Part shown: positions 49,450-58,362 of the stretch, piece by piece
Layout: the number at the start of each line of letters is the position of its first letter
How positions within the stretch are numbered: position 1 is the stretch's first letter
DNA from: Candidatus Babeliales bacterium
Lineage (GTDB): Bacteria > Babelota > Babeliae > Babelales > RVW-14
Direction: 5' to 3'
NCBI GenBank assembly: GCA_019749895.1
Contig: JAIEPG010000002.1
Location: forward strand, 2,244 to 66,243
DNA length: 64,000 nt
Position numbers and translations under genes: made by a program
Notes under the pieces: model-generated
Told to the model about the DNA's origin: nothing
Database searches by the model: none
What the model saw: only the letters and a program-made list of their open reading frames with translations

Positions 49450-50496
49450 TTATGAAAAAAACTTTTTCCAGAACGGTTTTTTTTGATATTCAAGAACTTT
49501 TTGAACTTCATTGGCCATTTTAAAGAGCTCTGGGAGCTTGGTAAACATAACCACTAAGCGCTTCCACGTACCAAAAGCAACCGCGGGCATGCCGGCAACT
49601 ACACTACCATCGGCAACATCATGCATAATTCCGCTCTTTGAAACAATCTTTACGCGATTACCAATCTTGATGTGATCACGAATGGCAACAAGTGCACCAA
49701 TTTGACAACCCATCCCCACCGTAACGCTACCACCAAGAGCGGTAAACGGCAAAATAACGGTACCAGCACCAATGCGCACGTTATGGGCAATATGCACGCA
49801 GTTATCAAGCTTAACCATATCGCCAATAACCGTTTCATCAAAAGAGCCCCGGTCAATGGTGGTATTGGCACCAATTTCTACCTCTCTGCCAATTCTGACA
49901 ATACCAATTTGTGGCACCTTGCGCAGACCCTGCTTACCCATTTGGTACCCAAAGCCATCAGAACCAATAACCGCACCGGCATGAATTATACTGCCATCAC
50001 CAACTATGGAATCATCAAGAATTCTTGCGCCTGGATGCACTAAAACACCCTTGCCGATTTGACAATTGCGCCCGATATAAACAAGCGCGCCAATAACGCT
50101 ACCCGCGCCAATGCTAACACCCGGAGCCACTACAGCGGAAGGGTCTAGCTGAACGTCAGAAAATAAAGATCGAGCTTCAGCTGAAACTCGATCTTTATTT
50201 TGAATATACGTAACTAATTTTTGAAACGCTTGCAGAGGGTCGCTAACGAGTAAATACTGCTTATTGTCAACCAGCTTTTGCGAGGCCAAAAAAAGACCCG
50301 CACCGCTCTGCTCAATTACTTTTGACGAAATATTGTCAAAAACCGAAGCATCACCACGTTCAAAAATAACTGCTAAATCTTGGGGGCAGGCTCGTTCTAA
50401 CGAAGCGATAGTATTGACTACAAAGGAATCGTCAAGAGTACTGGTACCCTCGCCAATAATTTGTTTTATTTGACCAAGTTGTAATGCTAATTTCAT
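49450..50496 (-). CDS. lpxD: UDP-3-O-acylglucosamine N-acyltransferase
   Basis: LpxD-type N-terminal domain plus a long hexapeptide-repeat (LbH) region. Located next to skp. Confidence 0.9.
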   Translation of the reverse strand: MKLALQLGQIKQIIGEGTSTLDDSFVVNTIASLERACPQDLAVIFERGDASVFDNISSKVIEQSGAGLFLASQKLVDNKQYLLVSDPLQAFQKLVTYIQNKDRVSAEARSLFSDVQLDPSAVVAPGVSIGAGSVIGALVYIGRNCQIGKGVLVHPGARILDDSIVGDGSIIHAGAVIGSDGFGYQMGKQGLRKVPQIGIVRIGREVEIGANTTIDRGSFDETVIGDMVKLDNCVHIAHNVRIGAGTVILPFTALGGSVTVGMGCQIGALVAIRDHIKIGNRVKIVSKSGIMHDVADGSVVAGMPAVAFGTWKRLVVMFTKLPELFKMANEVQKVLEYQKKPFWKKFFS

Positions 50497-50518
50497 AAAA
50501 GCCGCCCTAAGAGGTTAA

Positions 50519-51103
50519 TTACGCAGTTTTAACAGTTGCTTTTTCTTTTTTTGCAGGAGCTTGCGCTACTGACTTCGTTGTTTCATTTTTTGAGTATTCT
50601 GCATCAAGAGCCTTCAAAACATCGCTGGTTTTGTCGATAGCTTTTGAAACACACAATACGCCTGGAGTATTTTTATCAATAATCATGCCCCAATTTTGTT
50701 CAGACATAAGTCTGTCAGCTACTTTACGTTGTTTGTCATGAAGTTGCATTTGGGTTTTTTGAATTTCTTGACGAAGACTTTGCTCTCTGAGAGAAAGTGT
50801 TTTGCTCTCTGCATTTTTCAATTGAGCAAGAGTTTCTGTTTTTTCAGCAAGTGCTTTTTCGCTCAAAACTTCTTTTTGGTCTTCAATTTCTTTTTCAAGC
50901 TTGCTAATCTTTTCGTTAGATTCTTTAGCATAGTCTTGAAATTTTTGTACTTTTGATTTGATATCTTCAGTAAGAACTTTACCTTCTGCTGATTCTTGCA
51001 TAAGCATTAAGCTGTCAATTGAAACCAAGGTCTCATTTTTTGCAAATACCATGCCAAAATTGAACGCTGACGCAAACGCAAGACCTAACAATACTTTTTT
51101 CAT
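50519..51103 (-). CDS. skp: periplasmic chaperone Skp (OmpH)
   Basis: Signal peptide, coiled Lys/Glu/Gln-rich arms, canonical position upstream of lpxD. Confidence 0.8.
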   Translation of the reverse strand: MKKVLLGLAFASAFNFGMVFAKNETLVSIDSLMLMQESAEGKVLTEDIKSKVQKFQDYAKESNEKISKLEKEIEDQKEVLSEKALAEKTETLAQLKNAESKTLSLREQSLRQEIQKTQMQLHDKQRKVADRLMSEQNWGMIIDKNTPGVLCVSKAIDKTSDVLKALDAEYSKNETTKSVAQAPAKKEKATVKTA

Positions 51104-51238
51104 AGTTACTCCTTTGAAAAAATCAGTGATACATAAAAAATTACGTTTTTTCTTTTGTTATCAGAAATCGTAGCTTTTTTAAAAAACAACGTCAAATTGA
51201 GTTGATTTGGCCCAAGATATCAAATCTTTTAGGTTGAG

Positions 51239-52846
51239 CTAAAAAATCTCGTCGATAATCTTTTTCACATCTTTTGAAGATGAAGTAACCATTGCTCCAT
51301 AAAACAAATCGTCATATTCCCGCGTGCGCACTACCACCGGCATTGGCACGGCATGGCCCATCAACAACACCTGTTTTTTGCTATCCAACGTTGCCAAAAT
51401 GGTACGAAGCCCAGTTGCATTGCTCACACCGGTCAACACTGCCTGAATGTCACGATCGTCGTTGAGCAGGGCAACAATCTTGGTGCCAATTTGCGAAATA
51501 ATTTCAGGATCAATGCCGGAGGGCCGCTGATCAACAACCAGCAACGAAACGTAATATTTTCTCATTTCACGGGCGATAGTACCAAAAATTGTTTGGCGAG
51601 CAGCCTCTGGATTTAAAAATTTATGGGCTTCTTCAATAGTTATCAGCAACTTGCGCGGCTCATCGCTTTTATTTTGCGAAGCCAAAAACTTTTCAGTCTT
51701 TGCCATATATTCTTCGTGAATGCGGCGCGTTAAAATGTTGGCAACCAAAAGATAACACAGCATTGAAGTCTGATTACCAAACTCCAAAATAACGTGAATA
51801 CCCTTATCCAAACACTCCATCATGCGGTCGATAATCGAATTGCTCGATGTTGATCGTTGCAAAAAAGGAAACCGCTCTATGCGCTTAAGCTTGCGGTACA
51901 AAGCACCAACCGACTCCACATGTGCACCAATTTGGTCGGCAAATTCTTTGAGCGTGCCCTCTTGGCTCAAGAGCACTTCAAGCCACTGCCCTCGATACTT
52001 GCTAGCAATCAAATAGGCAGCTTCAAGCGCTGTTGGATGCAAGTTAAGTTCTTGCTGCAGCGACATCACATCTTCAACATGAATGTCTTGATAGCTCAAA
52101 ACAACTTCATAGTCCGGCGTGCAACCGCGACGACGCGTTGCATCTGGATCGAGCGAAAAGATAGCAACTTTGTTGGGAAACAATGTCTTTAAACCTTTAA
52201 CAAATGAATGCCCACCGCCCTCTTTGCGAGCCTGATAGCCATATTCACTGTGCATATCAAAAATCAAATTAACTGCTTGCTCACTTTTAACCATACCCGC
52301 CAAAATGAGCCGCGTGATAAACGTTTTACCCGTTCCCGTTTTACCAAAAATACCATTACTACGCTCGGTAAAACGCTCAAGGTCTAAACAGACTGGCGTT
52401 TTCATGTCCAGCGGAGAGCCAATGTGAAAGTACTTTTTGTCTAATTTTTCATCACCAAAAATGTCGGCCACATCTTGCTCACTGGCATCAAACACTTGTG
52501 CAAAATGACCGGGAATAGTTTTTACCGGCATTTTGTGATTGTGCTGGTCAATCATAAGCATGGGCCGTAATTCAACTTTAGCGTACATATCACGCTGCTT
52601 GAGCATTTCGGTCAACAAGGCCTCGTCCGGCGACGGCGGAAAGAGCAAAATGTCGGGATGTGTAACTTCTAGCTGCAAGTCGGTGATTAACGAAAAGAAA
52701 CGGTAGTGCTTACCAACAATAGAAACAAACTTGCCCGTCTTAATTTCTTCCAACGAACAGTCTGCGTTTAAGCGCATTATTAAGCCTTCAACCAGCGAGC
52801 CAAGTAGCACGTGTCCAAGACATTTACGATTTTTCTGATCAACCAT
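51239..52846 (-). CDS. HerA-like (DUF87) P-loop ATPase
   Basis: Walker A GKTGTGKTF, ...ITIEEAHKF..., Walker B-like SLLVVDQRPS. The N-terminal segment is barrel-like. Confidence 0.7.
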   Translation of the reverse strand: MVDQKNRKCLGHVLLGSLVEGLIMRLNADCSLEEIKTGKFVSIVGKHYRFFSLITDLQLEVTHPDILLFPPSPDEALLTEMLKQRDMYAKVELRPMLMIDQHNHKMPVKTIPGHFAQVFDASEQDVADIFGDEKLDKKYFHIGSPLDMKTPVCLDLERFTERSNGIFGKTGTGKTFITRLILAGMVKSEQAVNLIFDMHSEYGYQARKEGGGHSFVKGLKTLFPNKVAIFSLDPDATRRRGCTPDYEVVLSYQDIHVEDVMSLQQELNLHPTALEAAYLIASKYRGQWLEVLLSQEGTLKEFADQIGAHVESVGALYRKLKRIERFPFLQRSTSSNSIIDRMMECLDKGIHVILEFGNQTSMLCYLLVANILTRRIHEEYMAKTEKFLASQNKSDEPRKLLITIEEAHKFLNPEAARQTIFGTIAREMRKYYVSLLVVDQRPSGIDPEIISQIGTKIVALLNDDRDIQAVLTGVSNATGLRTILATLDSKKQVLLMGHAVPMPVVVRTREYDDLFYGAMVTSSSKDVKKIIDEIF

Positions 52847-52874
52847 GAGCGCTCCTTATCCAGGTATCAACGTT

Positions 52875-53303
52875 TTAACATTCTTTAACTAATACCACAA
52901 AAGCGACAACATGTAATCGTTCATGCGCCAAAGAAAGATGAATAGTAAACTTTGGCAGCTGCTTGCCAATTTTGCGTTCAAATGCTTGCCAGTCTACACA
53001 AAGCTGCGGAATCTCCCACGTTTGCTTAATAACCTGCACCTGCTTGCATAAAAATAAAAACGAAAAGGTCGTCTCAGTAAAGCCCAGCTGCACCAGTGCT
53101 GCACTCAGCGCTTTAAAAAAAGCCTCTTTGGCGGCAAAGCGCACCGCCAGTTTTTGCGCTTGATCATGAGCAGACAAACGTGCAAAACCGCATTCACTCA
53201 GCTCAGAGTCTGAAAATATTTTAGAAAGTTGTTCACGAGAAAAAGAAAGCCACGCGTTAAAGCGCGCAACTTGGGCAATATCAGTACCAACACCAACAAT
53301 CAT
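52875..53303 (-). CDS. acpS: holo-[acyl-carrier-protein] synthase
   Basis: MIVGVGTDIAQVARF...FAAKEAFFKAL. Confidence 0.85.
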   Translation of the reverse strand: MIVGVGTDIAQVARFNAWLSFSREQLSKIFSDSELSECGFARLSAHDQAQKLAVRFAAKEAFFKALSAALVQLGFTETTFSFLFLCKQVQVIKQTWEIPQLCVDWQAFERKIGKQLPKFTIHLSLAHERLHVVAFVVLVKEC

Positions 53304-54829
53304 GCTTCTAGCTTTTGGTCCAATGAGCGATACATAATTGCCTCTTGAATATGCTTGCGGTCAATCTGCTCGCTTTGGTCCAAGTCGGCAATAGTACGCG
53401 CTATTTTTAAAATTTTATGATACCCACGCATGCTCAAGCCCAAACGGTCAAAAGCCAGCTTAACTACACTTTCTGCACCATCAGTCAACTTACAAAACTG
53501 CTCGATTTGTGTTGAACTCATAAACGCATTGCGCATGGCACCAAAGCGACGCTCTTGCAACACAACCGCGCCATTAACCAGCTCCAACATTTGAGCAGAG
53601 CTCATGCTTGCAAGCTCAACGCTCTTAATCTCTTCATAATTTACCGCAGAAACGTTGATATGCAAATCGATACGGTCCAACAACGGGCCAGAAAGCTTGC
53701 TGATATAATTTGAAATTTTTTGCTCAGTGCACACACATTTCTTTTTCTTGTCGCCATAATACCCACACGGGCACGGGTTAAGGGCTGCCACCAACAAAAA
53801 GTTGGCAGGGAACTCAACCGCGCAACTGGCACGCGAAATAAGCACTTTTTTATTTTCCAACGGCTCACGCAACACTTCAAGCGTTGGCCTGTTAAACTCT
53901 GTCAACTCGTCCAAAAATAAAACACCGTTGTGTGCCAAACTAATTTCGCCAGGTCGCGGGCTTGAGCCGCCACCAACCAAGCCAGCCTGCGAAATGGTAT
54001 GATGCGGCGCACGAAATGGTCGATGCACCATCAATGAACTTTTGCCCAGCTGACCAGCAATGGAATAAATTTTTGTAGTTTCAATAATTTCATCAAACGA
54101 CATCGGCGGCAAAATGGTAGCAAAGCGCTTGGCTAACATTGTTTTACCAGAGCCAGGCGGCCCAAGAAATAAAATATTATGCCTACCAGCTGCCGCAATT
54201 TGCAAAGCACGTTTGGCTAAAATTTGCCCTTTAACTTGATCAAAATCAAGCAGATGGTTTTGCAACGTTGTTTGAACATTGTCAAACGACGACGGCGTCG
54301 GTTCAATAGCGAGCTCGCCGCGCAAGTACGCAACCAGCTCTGGCAACGATTCAACGCCAATAATATCGATACCTTTAATTAAACTTGCTTCATGCGTATT
54401 TGCTTTGGGAATGATAATGCGTTTCTTACCGGCTTTAAGAGCACCATGCGCAATCGACAACACCCCTTTTACCGAGCGAATAGAACCATCCAGTGAAAGC
54501 TCGCCCAAAAACATGGTCTCAGCAATAAATGCCGGCGCAAGGTCAATCAGCTTGGCTGCTTGCAAAATGGCAACAGAAATAGGCACGTCAAAAAGAATAT
54601 GCTCTTTTTTAAGCGAGGCTGGGGCAAGATTGACGGTAATCATACGCTCCGGCAGACGAATGCCGCTATTTTTTATAGCAGCGCGAATACGGTCTTTGCT
54701 TTCGTTAATTGCCTTGTCGGGCAAACCAACGATATAAAACTTGATCATACCAAAAGAAAGATCCGCTTCTACCTGAACCTCGTGAGCGTCGATACCGACC
54801 GTTGTTGCTGAATAAACTTTTGCGTGCAT
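53300..54829 (-). CDS. comM: Mg-chelatase-like AAA+ protein YifB/ComM
   Basis: Lon-like N-domain (VGLPDKAINESKDRI), Walker A GPPGSGKT, LFLDELTEF, Cys cluster CPCGYYGDKKKKCVC. Start at MHAKVYS (54829). Confidence 0.9.
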   Translation of the reverse strand: MHAKVYSATTVGIDAHEVQVEADLSFGMIKFYIVGLPDKAINESKDRIRAAIKNSGIRLPERMITVNLAPASLKKEHILFDVPISVAILQAAKLIDLAPAFIAETMFLGELSLDGSIRSVKGVLSIAHGALKAGKKRIIIPKANTHEASLIKGIDIIGVESLPELVAYLRGELAIEPTPSSFDNVQTTLQNHLLDFDQVKGQILAKRALQIAAAGRHNILFLGPPGSGKTMLAKRFATILPPMSFDEIIETTKIYSIAGQLGKSSLMVHRPFRAPHHTISQAGLVGGGSSPRPGEISLAHNGVLFLDELTEFNRPTLEVLREPLENKKVLISRASCAVEFPANFLLVAALNPCPCGYYGDKKKKCVCTEQKISNYISKLSGPLLDRIDLHINVSAVNYEEIKSVELASMSSAQMLELVNGAVVLQERRFGAMRNAFMSSTQIEQFCKLTDGAESVVKLAFDRLGLSMRGYHKILKIARTIADLDQSEQIDRKHIQEAIMYRSLDQKLEA

Positions 54830-54959
54830 AATAATCAAAAAAAATTTCTTATGTGAAAACAAACAATACTTTTGCCGATAAATAAAGCAAAGTAGGTATA
54901 GCACTATTTTTTCTAATTTGCAAAAGATGTTGCTTGATCAAGATTTTTTGAGAGAAAGC

Positions 54960-55667
54960 TTACTCTACAAAGCCATGATTAACTTCAAACAATCTCACTA
55001 TTTTTTTGCTAGAATAACCCATCTGAACTAAATGCCCAGGCGTACGCCCATCACTATCGGCAAGGCGGACATTGACACGCGCATAAAACAGCTGCTCTAC
55101 CGCATAGTCATTATTAGATTCAACAGCAACGTGCAGGGGTGTTTTGCGCTTTGGATTAGCATTATCTTCTACATGAGCACCAAACAAAAGAAGCTGAAGA
55201 ACAATCTTATTATTTTTAAGACGAATAGCCTCATGCAACGGCGTACCATTGATTCCCTGAATGTTAATATTTGCTCCAGACAAACACAACAATCGAACTT
55301 TCTGATAATCGTTATCACGAACTGCCTGCATTAAAGGATCTTGTTCTTCAAGCGGCGAAGGAGTGCGCGAAGCAACTCTTTTTAAAAGGCAGCAAAGGCT
55401 TCGCGAAGAGCTTATTTCTGAATCTTCATCATCTTCTGAACTTGTACCAAAAGATTCTACATCACTCCAATCATCACTTGAGCTAGCCCAACGCGAACTA
55501 TGGCTCCAATAACTTGTATCATCAGAACTTGACTCATCAACAGGCCCGCACTCATTAAAACAATGCCCAGAAGATTCTTGTTCAAAGAAGCCTGTTGGAC
55601 TTTTTACCATACCCTGCACACTTGAAAACCCACACAATAAAAGAAAAATTATTAGTAATCGCTGCAT
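54960..55667 (-). CDS. ankyrin-repeat protein with a signal peptide and a Ser/Asp/Trp-rich acidic region
   Basis: MQRLLIIFLLLCGFSSVQG. ANK motifs ...GINGTPLHEAIRL...KRKTPLHVAVESN...DSDGRTPGHL. Confidence 0.8.
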   Translation of the reverse strand: MQRLLIIFLLLCGFSSVQGMVKSPTGFFEQESSGHCFNECGPVDESSSDDTSYWSHSSRWASSSDDWSDVESFGTSSEDDEDSEISSSRSLCCLLKRVASRTPSPLEEQDPLMQAVRDNDYQKVRLLCLSGANINIQGINGTPLHEAIRLKNNKIVLQLLLFGAHVEDNANPKRKTPLHVAVESNNDYAVEQLFYARVNVRLADSDGRTPGHLVQMGYSSKKIVRLFEVNHGFVE

Positions 55668-55849
55668 AACAATTCCTAGCGCTTCTCATTAAAAATATAA
55701 AAACAAAATAATATAACACAGAAGAATGCGTGAAAAACCACCAACCCCCAAACACAAAAAGAGTAAAGCACAACTGCTCTAGCTTTTTCAAGGGAAAGCA
55801 AGTTTATAGTTATTAGTCACTGAATTCAAGAGATATCATGCGCTCAAAC

Positions 55850-55886
55850 TAAAAGAGCCCCACCAGAACAATCTGGTGGGGCTCTT
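55850..55886 (-). terminator. rho-independent terminator
   Basis: agagccccaccag / ctggtggggctct 13-bp stem with a T-run on the minus strand. Confidence 0.75.
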
Positions 55887-55905
55887 AAAATTAACGTCTA
55901 AATGT

Positions 55906-56961
55906 TTAGGATTTTGCTGAACGCTTCTTAGAACGTTTTTTTGAATGCTTGTTAGAGTTTTTAGAACGCTGCTTAGAACTTGTACTAGGAACCGTTACCG
56001 CAGGTTTTGGAAACAATGCAATAATGTCTGGGTTCTCAAGAACTTCTGCCAAATGGGCAGGTGTATAGCCATTCTTGTCCATAAGATTTGTATTAGCTCC
56101 AGCTGCAAGCAATATACTAATCGCATAGACATTATCAGCTTCTACTGCAACATGCAATGGCGTTTTTCCGGTCAAAGCATCTAACTCATTCGGATCAGCA
56201 CTTTTTTGAATAAATTGCACTACCAAATCATTCTTGCTACAAAAAATAGCTTCATGCAACGACATACACTCTATCTCTCCTGAATCTGGCGAACTTTTAC
56301 CAGAAGACAAAGAAGATGGCGATGAGGAACCAGGAGTAAACGGCGTTGCTGTTCTCAAAAACGGCAATGGCGATGGTGATCGAGAAGAATTTGGCGACCT
56401 ACGAGAAAACTTGCTCAATATTGAGTTTGTACCAGGAGAAGGAGTTCGCAATCTACAAGGACTCAAAACAGGGCTGGGCATCTCAATCTCAAGATCGTCT
56501 AAATTTGGCATAATGTATTGACTACTTAACGACGACGATGTTGATGGTTGACTGCTTGCACCAAAATTTGGTAATTGACCTACTCTTTGCTCCAAAAAAC
56601 AATCAGAATCATCAAACTTTAGATTATGTAAAGCTGATTGCTCCCATTCCTTGCTGACAGCAACGGGTAAACTACTTGGCACAAACGATGCAGAAACGGG
56701 CAATTGCTCAGAAACAATCATCGAAGATGATGACGATTCAGGAGCTTGGCCACGAAAACTAGCCCAATCAAAATCTTTATCCGCTCGCCTCATACCCCCA
56801 AAGGAAGGTGCTGGTTCAGCCGATGGTTGACGTGATGAAGATGACGATTCAGTAGGCGTATCAAGAAAAGCAGCCCAATCAAAATTCTTAGGGCTTCGTT
56901 GCATAGCACTAAGATTGAACGATAAAGATAACACGGTAAAAAATATAAATAATTTCTTCAT
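55906..56961 (-). CDS. ankyrin-repeat protein with a signal peptide, an internally duplicated FDWA.F...ESSSSS module, Ser/Pro-rich linker and a basic C-terminal tail
   Basis: MKKLFIFFTVLSLSFNLSA. ANK motifs ...LTGKTPLHVAVEADN...DKNGYTPAHLA. C-terminal tail is SKQRSKNSNKHSKKRSKKRSAKS. Confidence 0.8.
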   Translation of the reverse strand: MKKLFIFFTVLSLSFNLSAMQRSPKNFDWAAFLDTPTESSSSSRQPSAEPAPSFGGMRRADKDFDWASFRGQAPESSSSSMIVSEQLPVSASFVPSSLPVAVSKEWEQSALHNLKFDDSDCFLEQRVGQLPNFGASSQPSTSSSLSSQYIMPNLDDLEIEMPSPVLSPCRLRTPSPGTNSILSKFSRRSPNSSRSPSPLPFLRTATPFTPGSSSPSSLSSGKSSPDSGEIECMSLHEAIFCSKNDLVVQFIQKSADPNELDALTGKTPLHVAVEADNVYAISILLAAGANTNLMDKNGYTPAHLAEVLENPDIIALFPKPAVTVPSTSSKQRSKNSNKHSKKRSKKRSAKS

Positions 56962-57142
56962 AGAAATAACCTCTCTTTATTATAACAAGAACAAACAAAA
57001 GCTACTGTTTGTATCAAGTACTACTGAACAACGTCCGTATTGTTTAGCAGCATGGTAAACATGTAGTAATCCAAATGCTTAAAAAACTCTTGATGAACAG
57101 GCAATCTCTTAAGACAAAGAGACATGATGTACTGAAACTAAA

Positions 57143-57176
57143 AGAGCCTCGCTCAGAATGAACTGAACAAGGCTCT
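57143..57176 (-). terminator. possible terminator after the RRM gene (7-bp stem, large loop)
   Basis: agagcct ... aggctct. Shares the flanking sequence aaactaaaagagcc with the terminator at 55850. Confidence 0.35.
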
Positions 57177-57241
57177 TTGAACTTAAAATCTAATTTATAG
57201 TGCAAAATTAATTGCAAAATCAAATTTCAAATAACTGACGC

Positions 57242-57544
57242 TTAGCGACGTGAGAAACCACCGCGGTTACCGTTGCCATTGCTGTCACGGTTTTCACGGG
57301 ATCTTGCTTCACTTACTTTAAGTGAACGTCCACCAACGTCTTTGTTGTTCAAATCTTGAACAGCTTGTCTTGCTTCGTCGGATGAAGACATTTCAACAAA
57401 TGCAAAACCTCTGGAGTTGCCTGTGAATTTGTCTTTAACGATGTTTACGGACTCAACGTTGCCAACTTGTGCAAACAAGTCTCTCAATTCATTTTCTGTA
57501 ACTGAGTAACCAACGTTACCAACGAACAATTTGCGATTATTCAT
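57242..57544 (-). CDS. RRM-type RNA-binding protein with a Gly/Arg/Asn tail
   Basis: RNP2 KLFVGNV, RNP1 SRGFAFVEM, C-terminus NGNGNRGGFSRR. Start at MNNRK (57544). The track's 57703 start is rejected. Confidence 0.85.
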   Translation of the reverse strand: MNNRKLFVGNVGYSVTENELRDLFAQVGNVESVNIVKDKFTGNSRGFAFVEMSSSDEARQAVQDLNNKDVGGRSLKVSEARSRENRDSNGNGNRGGFSRR

Positions 57545-57751
57545 AACAATCTTCTCTGGAAATACGACTAACACAATATACCTACACGCCTCTTTGCCAC
57601 ATATCTTAAACATAAAAAATGGAACTTGACCAAAGAACTGATCTAGAAACATTCTCTTGAAGAACACACATGTAAAAGAGACTACATAGTCAGAGTGACA
57701 CATCCAAAGCTAAATGTCAATTAATAACCGGCCCTCTTTTTCTCAGACCCC

Positions 57752-58351
57752 TCACAAATCAAGCATTTTAGCGAAATTATGACCAGGATTTAAAAGAATA
57801 TTTAAATAGCCTCGAGAGAGCGTTTTAACACGAGAAAACCCTATTTTTTTCAAAAAATCATGTATTTTTGCCATTCCAGGCCCTGGTAAGGCCTGTGGGT
57901 CCTTAAGCTCAATTTCAACAAAACTGCCCAATTTGGGCAATTCATCAAAAGCCACCTCAAATTCTCCAACTCGACAGACCGTACGGCGCTTTTCTACAAT
58001 AAGCCGCACAATGTAGCCCAGCGACAAAAAGAGGTCCATCATTGCCTGGCCGTCAACCACCTGAGTTTCGCACTCCTGGCATGAAACAATTGCCTCTAAC
58101 TGCTCGTCAAAGGTACGTACCTTACTGGTCACAAAAGCCTGCTGGCCGGCTTGGCGCACCCGTACCAGCTTGGCATATTCAATAAAACCATGCGGCGAAT
58201 CGAAGAAAAAACTTTCATACGGATTGTCAAAGTAATAGTCGTGCAACATTTGCGTTGGTTCCAGCTGCGTGTGCTGTGCCAGCCATGCGTGCATCAGAGC
58301 CATCTGTTCTGCATCAAGTTGCAACTTCATCTCAACTTCATAAATTTTCAT
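57752..58351 (-). CDS. CYTH-domain protein (CyaB / thiamine-triphosphatase-like)
   Basis: MKIYEVEMKLQL (ExExK), ...LVRVRQ..., ...FVEIELK. Starts 11 nt downstream of the secretin gene. Confidence 0.7.
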   Translation of the reverse strand: MKIYEVEMKLQLDAEQMALMHAWLAQHTQLEPTQMLHDYYFDNPYESFFFDSPHGFIEYAKLVRVRQAGQQAFVTSKVRTFDEQLEAIVSCQECETQVVDGQAMMDLFLSLGYIVRLIVEKRRTVCRVGEFEVAFDELPKLGSFVEIELKDPQALPGPGMAKIHDFLKKIGFSRVKTLSRGYLNILLNPGHNFAKMLDL

Positions 58352-58362
58352 AATATTCCTGC

